Origin: Alphaproteobacteria bacterium
Lineage (GTDB): Bacteria; Pseudomonadota; Alphaproteobacteria; Rs-D84
NCBI GenBank assembly: GCA_017535105.1
Contig: JAFXUI010000001.1
Span: 11,207 to 75,206, forward strand
DNA length: 64,000 bases
Direction of reading: 5' to 3'
The notes under the pieces were generated by a model. That model ran no database searches. It was not told the DNA's origin and saw nothing but the letters and a program-made list of their open reading frames with translations. Shown piece by piece: positions 9,355 to 18,870 of the stretch. The translations under genes were made by a program, and so were the position numbers. The stretch's first letter is position 1. Each line of letters starts with the position of its first letter.

Positions 9355-9498
9355 TAAAAATTAAGCCACGTTTATCGTGGTTTTATTTTTATGCCTTGTG
9401 ATGTTTGGACGAGAACCCCCGGGTTCGACAATGAGTAAGCAAGAACAAGCAACGCGCAGTTCGAGCGCTAACGAATGCCGCGCAGGCGTTTAGCCGAG

Positions 9499-9519
9499 CG
9501 AGTCCCTTAACATCCACCA
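9499..9519 (+). repeat. 21 nt exact direct repeat of the tRNA-Val 3' end (CGAGTCCCTTAACATCCACCA); possible relic attachment site
   Basis: It is identical to 9334-9354, the T-arm half plus acceptor plus CCA, and lies 144 bp downstream of the tRNA. Confidence 0.6.
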
Positions 9520-9550
9520 TGAATTTAAAAACCGGCAAATGCCGGCTTTT

Positions 9551-10297
9551 TTATTTCGTATGTTGTTTATACCAATCCAACGCATTTTTCAGATAATCGC
9601 GCGCCAAATCCAGATTCATTGACCCAGTCGCGTCGCGCAAGCGTCCCTCGGCATCTATCCATGTATCATAATCTGCCGGGACAACATTTGCGATCTTGCC
9701 CAACGTGTCGCTAACTTTTGTTGGTGATATTCCCCCCGCATATCCAAACTGAATATCCTTATACACTGGCGCAAGTCGCTTTTTTGGTGCGATGCCAGCA
9801 CCATATGATTCATCAAACAACAAAGTGAACTGGGCGCCAGTAATTTTCAATTCTTCTATTTGGGGTTTTGTAATACTGTTATACGCCAATATAACCTCAT
9901 ATTTTTTCCACTTTGATATCAGGTCAGCCAATTTTCGCGCGTTAAATTCGTGTGCATAATCGCCAATATTTAATTGGATTCTGGAAATCAACGGCTGATC
10001 AGTATAAGAATGTTTTTGTTTCAGAAAATGTTTTATTTCGCCCGGTATATTGCCAGTACAAATTTCATCACACCATTTATAATTCACGTGTAATGCAAAG
10101 TTTAGTGGTTCTTTTGACTCTTTGGCATATTCAATCACCTTGTTAAACCAAGTGTACATTTCTTTACCTTTGGACATAGTTGATGGGAACACTTGAATTC
10201 CTAATTCTGCTAATGGAAACGATTTTAACAAACCAACTACTTTTACCGGTTCCAGATTTTCACGCGGATCCGAACATGTTATATACCGAAGTCTCAT
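9551..10297 (-). CDS. Conserved hypothetical protein, paralog A of the MRLRYITCSDPRE family (248 aa)
   Basis: It shares N-terminal MRLRYITCSDPRE and multiple blocks (HVNxxWCxEIC, FxLLxDxSxGxGxxP, GYxGGxSPxxV, IWIDAEGxLx, LARxY) with the ORF at 11349..12101. The synonymous codons differ, so conservation is at the protein level. There is a weak resemblance to the phosphate-binding (beta-alpha)8 barrel motif xxGGxSPxNV of TrpF-like or CutC-like enzymes. Confidence 0.6.
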   Translation of the reverse strand: MRLRYITCSDPRENLEPVKVVGLLKSFPLAELGIQVFPSTMSKGKEMYTWFNKVIEYAKESKEPLNFALHVNYKWCDEICTGNIPGEIKHFLKQKHSYTDQPLISRIQLNIGDYAHEFNARKLADLISKWKKYEVILAYNSITKPQIEELKITGAQFTLLFDESYGAGIAPKKRLAPVYKDIQFGYAGGISPTKVSDTLGKIANVVPADYDTWIDAEGRLRDATGSMNLDLARDYLKNALDWYKQHTK

Positions 10298-10433
10298 ATA
10301 CTATCCTTTATAATGTGTGTAAATATATCTATACAATTTTTCGTATACAAGTCAAGGTATTCCCACGATTTTTTCATATTGTATTTTATGTTTTTTTGGG
10401 CTAATCTTTTGCGCATACAGAAAAGGAGAAAAA

Positions 10434-11081
10434 ATGAAGAAAGTATTACCATTGTTTATGGCCGGTGCGATACTGGCGGGTTGCACAACAACAAACCCAT
10501 ACACCGGCGAACAACAAACATCTAAATTGGTTTGGGGCACGGCGATTGGTACCGCGGCGGGCGCAGCAACCGGCGCAATTGTATCCAAGGATAAGGGCAA
10601 AGGCGCATTGATTGGTGCGGCGGCTGGTGCGGCACTGGGCGGTGGCGTTGGTTATTATATGGATACCCAAGAGGCCGAATTACGTAAAGAACTTGAATCA
10701 ACCGGTGTTCGCGTTGCACGTGACGGCGACAATATCCGTTTAATTATGCCGGGCAATATTACATTCCAAACAGATTCAGCAGATATCAATTCTGGATTCT
10801 ATGCAACATTGAATTCGGTTGCCAAAGTATTCAAGAAATACAGCGATACAACCGTTATGGTGTTGGGCTATACCGACAGCACTGGCAGCGTAGAATACAA
10901 CCAAACATTGTCGCAAAAACGCGCACAATCGGTTGCATCATACCTTATTGGCCAGGGTGTAAAATCATCACGATTTGAGGTTATGGGCATGGGCATATCA
11001 AATCCAATTGCATCAAACAGCACCGCGGCGGGTCGTCAGCAAAATCGCCGTGTTGAAATCAAAATTATTCCAAACAAATAA
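10434..11081 (+). CDS. OmpA-family lipoprotein with an N-terminal glycine-zipper domain (YiaD-like)
   Basis: It has a lipoprotein signal (ILAGC) and a Gly/Ala zipper (GTAIGTAAGAATGAIV...GAAAGAALGGGVGYY), followed by an OmpA C-terminal domain (VMVLGYTDSTGS...NRRVEIKI). Confidence 0.8.
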   Translation: MKKVLPLFMAGAILAGCTTTNPYTGEQQTSKLVWGTAIGTAAGAATGAIVSKDKGKGALIGAAAGAALGGGVGYYMDTQEAELRKELESTGVRVARDGDNIRLIMPGNITFQTDSADINSGFYATLNSVAKVFKKYSDTTVMVLGYTDSTGSVEYNQTLSQKRAQSVASYLIGQGVKSSRFEVMGMGISNPIASNSTAAGRQQNRRVEIKIIPNK

Positions 11082-11124
11082 TGATGATAAAGAACAAAAA
11101 AACACCGGCAAACGCCGGTGTTTT

Positions 11125-11370
11125 TTATCTCTGTTTTACAAAATCACGAAACATAATATTTTTTGTATTTGCTTTCGCATCAGCAAGCATATTGTTATTT
11201 TCTTTTTTCTCTATAATATCTGGTTCTGCTTTTGGTTTACGACGGTACAACAAACAACAACCCAACGCTATGGCCCCCAATGCCAACCCAGAGGCAATCA
11301 CTAATGTTCTTATAATTTCTTTGGAGTATTTATTCATTTTGTTTTCCTTTATCTTTGTCTGTTTATCCAT
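11125..11370 (-). CDS. Small hypothetical membrane protein (81 aa)
   Basis: It is a Lys-rich peptide with one predicted transmembrane helix (LVIASGLALGAIALGCCLLY). It may be spurious. Confidence 0.3.
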   Translation of the reverse strand: MDKQTKIKENKMNKYSKEIIRTLVIASGLALGAIALGCCLLYRRKPKAEPDIIEKKENNNMLADAKANTKNIMFRDFVKQR

Positions 11371-12101
11371 TTGTCTGCTTTCATAATATATTGACGTGCA
11401 AGTTCACAATCAAATTTGTCGTTGGTTTTCAATTTCCCTTCGGCATCAATCCAAATGTCTTCACGATTCTTTGGCACGACCGATGAAATCTTTCTTAAAT
11501 TTTTCACAACATTTTTCGGTGACATTCCGCCCGAATATCCCATCGGCACGCTGTCATATACTGGCTTGTTCCATGTGCCTGGTGTCAAACCACGTCCACC
11601 AGACGCATCATAAAGCAACGAAAACTTTGCGCCCATTTCATATAATACCCATGCGGCATTTTTTGTTCGGTCATTATACTGCAAAATAAATTCATGGTCG
11701 TCATTGTGCAGGAATAATTTTTTTACCGCATCATAATTTATATCACGAACGGCGGTGTTTGACATATTTAACTGCCAGCGTTTAACCAATGGTGAAAAGC
11801 CCAAGTTTTTACGATAAAGCCCAAAGAATTCCCGTAATTCCATTGGAATTTCACCGGTACGACAAATTTCTTCGCACCATTCTTGGTTTACGTGCACCGC
11901 CAAATTTATGTCATGGGCATCACGTACACAATAACGGCACAATTCATGAAACCATTCATTACGTGGCATACCCGGGGACGCCTTGGACGGATGCATTTGC
12001 ACCGCAATTTCTGCACGTGGCGAACTTTCTGCCAATTTTACAATATCATGAAAATCATTAAATTCACGCGGGTCAGAACAAGTGATGTATCTCAGTCGCA
12101 T
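11349..12101 (-). CDS. Conserved hypothetical protein, paralog B of the MRLRYITCSDPRE family (250 aa)
   Basis: The evidence is the same as for paralog A. Its start overlaps the 3' end of rlmN by 29 nt. Confidence 0.6.
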   Translation of the reverse strand: MRLRYITCSDPREFNDFHDIVKLAESSPRAEIAVQMHPSKASPGMPRNEWFHELCRYCVRDAHDINLAVHVNQEWCEEICRTGEIPMELREFFGLYRKNLGFSPLVKRWQLNMSNTAVRDINYDAVKKLFLHNDDHEFILQYNDRTKNAAWVLYEMGAKFSLLYDASGGRGLTPGTWNKPVYDSVPMGYSGGMSPKNVVKNLRKISSVVPKNREDIWIDAEGKLKTNDKFDCELARQYIMKADKWINRQR

Positions 12102-13203
12102 TTTTTTCTTCCTTTTTATGTTTTAAACGCAACTGTCCACATGCAGAACCGATGTCGGTTCCCCTCTCTCGCCGTATGCGTGTATGAATACCGTTTTTAA
12201 TCAAAATGTCTTGAAACCGATGAACCGCGTTGCCCGATATAGATGCAAAATCACGTTCATCAACCGTATTCCATGGGATTAAGTTTACCATACAATTTTT
12301 ACCATGCAATAACTTTGATAATTCTTCGGCATATTCGGGCGTCGCATTATAAAGCACCACGTCGCCATTTTCGTCTTTTTTGCCAAGAAGTATATATTCG
12401 ATCATCAACTGGCGATTATGTAGGTTTGTAAACTCGTCCGCCGTCGCCAACACCTCCGATAATTTATATTTATTATTTATCGGCATAATTTGGCTGCGTA
12501 ATTCGTCTGTTGGTGCGTGCAGAGATATTGCCAGATTTATCGGACGGCCCCACTCTATCAATCGTTTAATTCCCGGCACAATACCACATGTCGACAGTGT
12601 TAAGCGCCGCCAGCCAATACCCATATCAGTGTTTGCGCGTTCCATAAAACCGATTACGTTTTCGGTATTCTGTAATGGTTCACCCGTCCCCATAATTACA
12701 ATATGCGAAACATCACCATTATTTGCATCGCCATTTGGGTGAATAGATTTTTCATTTGTAGAATTGCGTAATGTCCATTGTGCAATTAAAATCTGGGCGA
12801 ACATTTCGTTCACGGTTAAATTACGTTTTAATCCCAACAGTGTACTTGCGCAAAATTTACACCCCATCGCACAGCCAGCCTGGGAACTGACACAGACACT
12901 GTTGCCATAACTGGTGCGCATTAAAACGCATTCTATTTGTTCCGCGTCATTTAATTCCAATAAAAATTTGGTTGTTTGACCGTCACTTGATTCCAGTTTT
13001 TTCGTAACACGTAATGGTAACGTTTGTGCCGTTTCGTCCAAGCGTTTACGCAACGCCGCCGGCAAATTTTTCATTGATTCAAAATCTGGTGCACCACGAT
13101 TTAACCAATCGCGAATTTGTTTTGCGCGAAAACGTGGTTCGCCCAAATCTACGACAAACTTTTCCAATTCAGAATCATTAAAATCAAACAGTATTGGTTT
13201 CAT
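12073..13203 (-). CDS. rlmN: 23S rRNA m2A2503 / tRNA m2A37 methyltransferase, radical SAM
   Basis: It has the CxxxCxxC radical-SAM cluster (GCAMGCKFCAS) and the conserved RlmN N-terminus (FRAKQIRDWL). Confidence 0.92.
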   Translation of the reverse strand: MKPILFDFNDSELEKFVVDLGEPRFRAKQIRDWLNRGAPDFESMKNLPAALRKRLDETAQTLPLRVTKKLESSDGQTTKFLLELNDAEQIECVLMRTSYGNSVCVSSQAGCAMGCKFCASTLLGLKRNLTVNEMFAQILIAQWTLRNSTNEKSIHPNGDANNGDVSHIVIMGTGEPLQNTENVIGFMERANTDMGIGWRRLTLSTCGIVPGIKRLIEWGRPINLAISLHAPTDELRSQIMPINNKYKLSEVLATADEFTNLHNRQLMIEYILLGKKDENGDVVLYNATPEYAEELSKLLHGKNCMVNLIPWNTVDERDFASISGNAVHRFQDILIKNGIHTRIRRERGTDIGSACGQLRLKHKKEEKNATEIHHLF

Positions 13204-14021
13204 AATTTATATCTGTCATCGTTTATAACAACAACCGCTTTGCGCCGTAATTGTTTTAATTGTTGTTCGGCAACAAACATCGCCTGTTTATACATCGCGT
13301 TTTGTTTTATAACTTCGTCCAGTTTTCCATATTCGGCTGTTTTTTTCGTACTGCATACCAACAGCACCGAATCATCAACACGTGGCGACCAGGTAAGATT
13401 TGGCAACCCCGTCACACGTTCACGAATATCACGCGACAATTCATATTGCGCCGCCGTAAACTTTTGTGGCGCGCCACCCAAATCTTCTGCCATTTTCATT
13501 GCAGCATCACAACTTTTTGGTTTGGTCAGTTTTGCCGCGACATCGGCCGGTATATCCAACAATCGCACAATTGTCATTTCAATTGGCAAACCCTGTTCAC
13601 GTGCCAAATCATTTTTCATATCGTTAATGTCGTCTTTGCTGACATCAATTGTCGGCATAATTGTTCGCGTGATTATAACCTGCCATGCGATTTCAGCACG
13701 AATTGCCGATATTGCCATTTCACGTTCCATCGCCGTCAAGTCCGACATATTCATACGCTTTAATTCACTTGCCGCATCCGCGTCTGTTGGTTTAACGCCA
13801 AAGTTTGCCGCATAGTCCAACTTTACCGTATCATCGATAATATTTTGCAACGCAATACGGCGATTGTCTGTTGATGTTTTTCCTTGGCGCGCCATAAGTT
13901 TTGTGCGTGCAGTAATATCAGCATCTGTGATTGGTTTGCCACCAACCGTTGCAACAACACTTGTCGCAAACGCGGGCGATGCAAACATACACAACAAAGC
14001 AACAACCTTTAACAACTTCAT
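13200..14021 (-). CDS. SurA N-terminal-domain periplasmic chaperone-like protein (no obvious parvulin domain)
   Basis: It has a signal peptide and sits immediately downstream of lptD, the conserved lptD-surA position. It is only 273 aa. Confidence 0.6.
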   Translation of the reverse strand: MKLLKVVALLCMFASPAFATSVVATVGGKPITDADITARTKLMARQGKTSTDNRRIALQNIIDDTVKLDYAANFGVKPTDADAASELKRMNMSDLTAMEREMAISAIRAEIAWQVIITRTIMPTIDVSKDDINDMKNDLAREQGLPIEMTIVRLLDIPADVAAKLTKPKSCDAAMKMAEDLGGAPQKFTAAQYELSRDIRERVTGLPNLTWSPRVDDSVLLVCSTKKTAEYGKLDEVIKQNAMYKQAMFVAEQQLKQLRRKAVVVINDDRYKL

Positions 14022-14042
14022 TTTTCCCTTCCCCTATTTCCT

Positions 14043-16058
14043 TTAATAGTGTTGACCTTCGATACTCATTCCAAAACGGAACTGGACCGAAGTATTACCA
14101 TGATAATCTTCGTACACCGCATTATCACGACGATAACCAAACGAAAAATAATAACACGGGTGATTATAGTACAACGTACCACTGTGGCGCAAAAACTTAT
14201 CGTCTGTCCAATTGTATATCGCGTCCATTCGCAATGACCAACGTTCAGACAGTTTTAATCCCACACTGGCAATCGTCTCGTTTGTATCATTTTCAGCAGA
14301 ACCAATGTTGGTAAGTTGGCGCGCCCAAATATGTCCAACCGTAAACGATGCATAATCACCATTGATTGTCGCCGATGTTTCCGCATGCCGTAAATCAAAA
14401 GAATCACGATCAAAGCGATAACGACTTGATAAATCAAGCCAACTTGAATTACTGAACCCGATGCGCCCGACATAGTCCGAAGCACCATCGTGAAAGCCAC
14501 TGTTTATATCTGTGGCACGTTTTGTAAAGTCATATGATTCACCCAAAAAGACTTCGACTTGGCGACCATCTGAATTGAATGCGGCCCAGCGCACACCATA
14601 ATCGGCAAATGTTCCGTTTTCCCACAAATCGTATCCGGCAAAACGATTGTCGGAAAACAACACTGTATCCGATAAAAACGCACCCGCAGAATCATTGTTT
14701 TGCGCAAATTGTTCATCATCAACACGATGCCGCATTGTTAAACGTGCGCGCGGTTCAATTGTCTGGGACCAAGATTCCGATGGGCGAACCAATGGCAAAC
14801 CCCATTCAACATAACCACTGGGCAAGAAACGATTTTTAAGGCCGGAAAATTCGCCCCCGTCCACCATAATCGTTTTATCAAAATTATACACATCATATCG
14901 TGCATCAATTGATGCTGTTAAACGATTACCACCCCACAGTGTCCACGGACTTGTTATACGGGCATCACCGATAAAACGCTGGGCCGATGTTCCGTCACCA
15001 ACAATACCCAACACATCGGTTGAAAATGTTGCATAGGTTTCACGGAATAATGGTTGCGTCTGATAAACACCACGAATATTTGGCAAAATATTTCCACTGG
15101 GGATAGTTGTTAACCCACGCCAATTTTCCCGTCTACGCAACTCTTGGAAACTGTGCGTATCTGCGACAACGTATCCAGTCTTTGCGAACAATTCCAGTTT
15201 TGCGCCCGAATCTAAATACGGTTGATCATTATAGAATCTGTATTTCTGTAAGTATGTTTTATCCGAAGTACGCGCAATATACACCGAACCACGTGCATGC
15301 TCCCCAAGGTCAAATTTATCATTGTTAAATATGTGCCAACGGTTTTTACCTTCGCGATTATGCGTATATGAACCATTTGTTCTGAATTCTGCATGTTCAA
15401 GGTTCAACCGGTGTTCCAATTGGAACAATGGGTTTTCTTTTGTTAAATATGACACAGTAAATGTTGCATCATGCGTATCTGAAAAAGCAATATACAATGG
15501 TACATTTATTTCCGTTCCCATTTGATTTGTCGAACCAAAACTTGGCATTAACAAACCGCTTTTATGTTTAACACCGGGGTCGGGCATACTATAATACGGA
15601 AACCACAATACTGGCACATCATATACCCACAAAACCATATTGTGAAAATACAGCATACGTTCGTCCAATTCGTGAATTATTTTTGATGCCCATATCGACC
15701 AAGCATTTCCATAATCATCACACCCATCACATGCGGTGAATAACGCGCCACGCGCCACCGTATCATCGCCACTGCGCGTAATACTGTCTGATTCAACATA
15801 CACATGTTGACCCAGCCATATCTTCACATCATCACCATGTAATTCTTCGCCCTTTTGTGAAAAGTAAGAATCTTTCAATGTCATACGTTGACCACTGGCG
15901 TTTGTGATTTCAGTGTTACCCGAAGTTTTAATTGAACCGCTTTTTATATCGTATTCTATTTTGTCTGACTTGATTGTTTTTGGCGAACTGGAATCAACCC
16001 CGATTGCGAACAGCGGCATCGGAACAAGAGACAACAAAAGAGCAATAAGTTTTTTCAT
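14043..16058 (-). CDS. lptD: LPS-assembly outer membrane protein LptD
   Basis: It is 671 aa with a signal peptide and an OstA-like N-terminal domain, followed by a large beta-barrel with aromatic-rich strands. Confidence 0.88.
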   Translation of the reverse strand: MKKLIALLLSLVPMPLFAIGVDSSSPKTIKSDKIEYDIKSGSIKTSGNTEITNASGQRMTLKDSYFSQKGEELHGDDVKIWLGQHVYVESDSITRSGDDTVARGALFTACDGCDDYGNAWSIWASKIIHELDERMLYFHNMVLWVYDVPVLWFPYYSMPDPGVKHKSGLLMPSFGSTNQMGTEINVPLYIAFSDTHDATFTVSYLTKENPLFQLEHRLNLEHAEFRTNGSYTHNREGKNRWHIFNNDKFDLGEHARGSVYIARTSDKTYLQKYRFYNDQPYLDSGAKLELFAKTGYVVADTHSFQELRRRENWRGLTTIPSGNILPNIRGVYQTQPLFRETYATFSTDVLGIVGDGTSAQRFIGDARITSPWTLWGGNRLTASIDARYDVYNFDKTIMVDGGEFSGLKNRFLPSGYVEWGLPLVRPSESWSQTIEPRARLTMRHRVDDEQFAQNNDSAGAFLSDTVLFSDNRFAGYDLWENGTFADYGVRWAAFNSDGRQVEVFLGESYDFTKRATDINSGFHDGASDYVGRIGFSNSSWLDLSSRYRFDRDSFDLRHAETSATINGDYASFTVGHIWARQLTNIGSAENDTNETIASVGLKLSERWSLRMDAIYNWTDDKFLRHSGTLYYNHPCYYFSFGYRRDNAVYEDYHGNTSVQFRFGMSIEGQHY

Positions 16059-17116
16059 TATTTTTTATACAACACGCCCAAAATTACTATCAACAGAACA
16101 AATTGTAAAAATGCCAACACAACAAAGTCTGTCACACTGTCAATCATATTGCTTGCAGACATAAATGTCGCCATAACCACCGCCATCGCAGCAACAGACA
16201 TTACTGGGGCGAAACTGGCACGCCGGCGTAACAATGATGAACGCAATAATATAGCCAGGCATAATGCCGCCAAAATAAGATTCATTATTGGGTTTAACAA
16301 GCGTGTTGACAATTCGTTCAATACCGCCCGATGACGTTTTGCGGTTGGCGAATCAAACACATCACGAATAAGCGCCAACGTTGAAACACTGCGCACACGA
16401 TACGATGACGAACCACCCTTGTCCGCAACATTCAAGTCCATATCAAACATATCAAAAGATCCCGTCACTGTGGCATCACCATTACCCTGAATCGAACCAT
16501 TTGTCATAACAATCGATAACCCGCGTGGTGTCGCAACCAATTTACCCTTTTCCGCAAAGATTGTCATTTCCGACCGCGCATCACGCATATCTGCCAACAT
16601 AACCTGGGACAAATCATGCCCCGACACTTTATCCACATAGACCACCAAACCAGACGACAATTCTGTAAAAGCCGACTCTTTCAATTTCAAATGCGCCAAA
16701 CCATAACGCAGATTCCATTGCATACTGTAAAACTCGGTCTGGCTGGCCGGCACAATAAATATATTCAAAACCAAGTGCGCCACCGTCAAAATTGCCGCCA
16801 AACGCAAAGCCGGACGCGCCAATCCCGCGGGTGACAGCCCAGACGCCGCCATTACCGTTACTTCGTTATCAGAAATAAGTTTGTTATACACAAATATAAT
16901 CGAAATAAAGGTAACAAACGGTATTATTATCGATATGATAAACGGTATCATAAGGGACGTTAAACCAACAAAACTGCCCATACTTACGCCATAATTCAAC
17001 AGAAATTTCATCATGGACATAATTTGAACCATCCACGCCAATCCCGTTAAAACCGCCAACAGCATAATAAACACCATTATCAATTGGCGTGAAAAATACC
17101 TATTTATTATAGTCAT
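16058..17116 (-). CDS. LPS export ABC transporter permease, LptF/LptG (YjgP/YjgQ) family
   Basis: The N-terminus MTIINRYFSRQL... and the overall transmembrane topology are typical of LptF/LptG. It lies adjacent to lptD. Confidence 0.82.
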   Translation of the reverse strand: MTIINRYFSRQLIMVFIMLLAVLTGLAWMVQIMSMMKFLLNYGVSMGSFVGLTSLMIPFIISIIIPFVTFISIIFVYNKLISDNEVTVMAASGLSPAGLARPALRLAAILTVAHLVLNIFIVPASQTEFYSMQWNLRYGLAHLKLKESAFTELSSGLVVYVDKVSGHDLSQVMLADMRDARSEMTIFAEKGKLVATPRGLSIVMTNGSIQGNGDATVTGSFDMFDMDLNVADKGGSSSYRVRSVSTLALIRDVFDSPTAKRHRAVLNELSTRLLNPIMNLILAALCLAILLRSSLLRRRASFAPVMSVAAMAVVMATFMSASNMIDSVTDFVVLAFLQFVLLIVILGVLYKK

Positions 17117-17228
17117 GAATTAAAGTATAGCCCCCAAAACCAGTGGTGTCAATTATATCAGTTTTTTCTTGCATATTTCCGATTCGCCGTTATAATAGGC
17201 ATTGTTCTTAAAAGTTAAAGTTTTAGGG

Positions 17229-17248
17229 GCGGGGTTGAAGAACCCCGC
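17229..17248 (+). promoter_or_regulatory. Perfect 8 bp GC-rich hairpin in the nusA leader, between divergent genes
   Basis: GCGGGGTT gaag AACCCCGC, then a T-rich tract, 42 nt upstream of the nusA ATG. It is not a terminator for any gene, because both flanking genes diverge from it. Confidence 0.3.
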
Positions 17249-17289
17249 TTCTTCAATAAAAAAGACAAATTACATAAGGAGATACGCAA

Positions 17290-18828
17290 ATGTCTTTTGA
17301 ATCTATGCCTCGTCAAGATTTGTTGTTGGCCATTGATTCCTTGGCCCAGGAAAAACAAATCGACCGTGAAATTGTTATTGAATCGCTGGAAGCGGCCATT
17401 GCAAAAATCGCCAAGCATAAATATGGCGAAGAATTTGATATTGTCGCAAACATTGACCGCAAAAATGGTGCTATTCACGTTAAACGTTTGTTCACCGTTA
17501 TTGAATCACCAGAAGCCGCTGGCGAAGAATATGACCCAAGTACAATGTTGACGGTTGCCCAGGCAAAAAAATATGCCAAAAACCCATCGGTCGGCGATGT
17601 TGTCGAAGACCAATTACCAGAACCAGAATTTGGACGTATGGCATTCCAGACGGCAAAACAAATTATGACTGCACGTGTTCGCGATGCTGAAAAAGGCCGT
17701 CAATACGAAGAATTCAAGGACAACATTGGCGACATTGTATCTGGTGTTGTAAAGCGTATCGAATTTGGAAATGTATTTGTTGATATCAATGGCAAAGCCG
17801 AAGGTTATATCAAAGGCAGTGAACTTATCCCTGGTGAACGTTTGGCGGTCGGTGATCGTGTACGTGCGTTGATTATGGACGTGGCACGTTCTAATTCGGG
17901 CCCACAAATCTTTTTGACCCGTACCCACCCATTGTTCATGGAAAAGTTATTTGTCCAAGAAGTACCAGAAATCTATGAAGGTCTTATTAAAATTAAATCT
18001 GTATCACGCGCACCAGGTTCACATGCGAAAATCGCGGTTGAAACATCTGACCCATCTATTGACGCGGTTGGTATGACTGTTGGTATCAAGGGTACACGTA
18101 TTCAACCAGTTATCAATGAATGCCATGGTGAAAAGATTGACGTTATTTTGTATTCCGAAGATCCTGCTGTGTTCATCGTGAACGCAATGCAACCGGCCAA
18201 GGTCGCAAAAATTATCGTCGACGAAGACACACACACTGCGGCGGTTGTTGTGAACGAAGATCAACAATCATTGGCGATTGGTCGTCGTGGTCAAAACGTC
18301 CGCTTGGCATCACAATTGACGGGCTGGAACATTGACGTTATGAACGAAGCCGAAGAACAAGAACGTCGTGCTAAAGAATTTAAAGAAAAGACGGAATTGT
18401 TCATTGGCGCACTGGACGTTGATGAAATGATTGCACACTTGTTGATTACAGAAGGTTTCCGTACCGTCGAAGAAGTCGCATTTGTGGACGCATCTGAATT
18501 AGAATCTATCGAAGGGTTCACACCAGAATTGGCGGCCGAATTACAGAAACGTGCGAAAGATTATTTGGACAAGGTTGAACAAGACTATATCGACAATGGT
18601 CACAAAATGGGCATGTCGGACGATTTGTTAAAATTCGACTTTATCAAACGTCCAATCATTATGAAGTTGGGTGAAAACGGCATTAAATCTGTCGCTGATT
18701 TGGCAGATTTGTCATCTGACGAATTGGTTGAAATCTTGGGCGAAGATACAATGAGTGAACGCCTTGCGGGTCGCGTGATTATGAAAGCGCGTGAAGAAGC
18801 ATACGGCATAACCCAGGACGAAGAATAA
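17290..18828 (+). CDS. nusA: Transcription termination/antitermination factor NusA
   Basis: It has the NusA N-terminal domain, S1 and KH domains, and acidic C-terminal repeats, and precedes infB. Confidence 0.93.
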   Translation: MSFESMPRQDLLLAIDSLAQEKQIDREIVIESLEAAIAKIAKHKYGEEFDIVANIDRKNGAIHVKRLFTVIESPEAAGEEYDPSTMLTVAQAKKYAKNPSVGDVVEDQLPEPEFGRMAFQTAKQIMTARVRDAEKGRQYEEFKDNIGDIVSGVVKRIEFGNVFVDINGKAEGYIKGSELIPGERLAVGDRVRALIMDVARSNSGPQIFLTRTHPLFMEKLFVQEVPEIYEGLIKIKSVSRAPGSHAKIAVETSDPSIDAVGMTVGIKGTRIQPVINECHGEKIDVILYSEDPAVFIVNAMQPAKVAKIIVDEDTHTAAVVVNEDQQSLAIGRRGQNVRLASQLTGWNIDVMNEAEEQERRAKEFKEKTELFIGALDVDEMIAHLLITEGFRTVEEVAFVDASELESIEGFTPELAAELQKRAKDYLDKVEQDYIDNGHKMGMSDDLLKFDFIKRPIIMKLGENGIKSVADLADLSSDELVEILGEDTMSERLAGRVIMKAREEAYGITQDEE

Positions 18829-18870
18829 AACAAGGGTAAACAAGTAAAACATTAAAATACGGAGTATTTA

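Noticed and set aside
9355-9498. A possible permuted (two-piece) tmRNA or tRNA-like gene between the two copies of the tRNA-Val 3' end. The region contains a GGGTTCGAC T-loop-like string and a short ORF-like segment.
   Set aside because: No reading frame gives a plausible SsrA tag ending in LAA or VAA. No complementary acceptor strand or T-stem pairing could be built. The 3' identity to tRNA-Val is better explained as an att-site duplication.
13117-13815. 232 aa plus-strand ORF overlapping the rlmN start and the surA-like gene
   Set aside because: It is antisense to two conserved genes, and its translation is Phe/Ile/Ser-rich and low-complexity.
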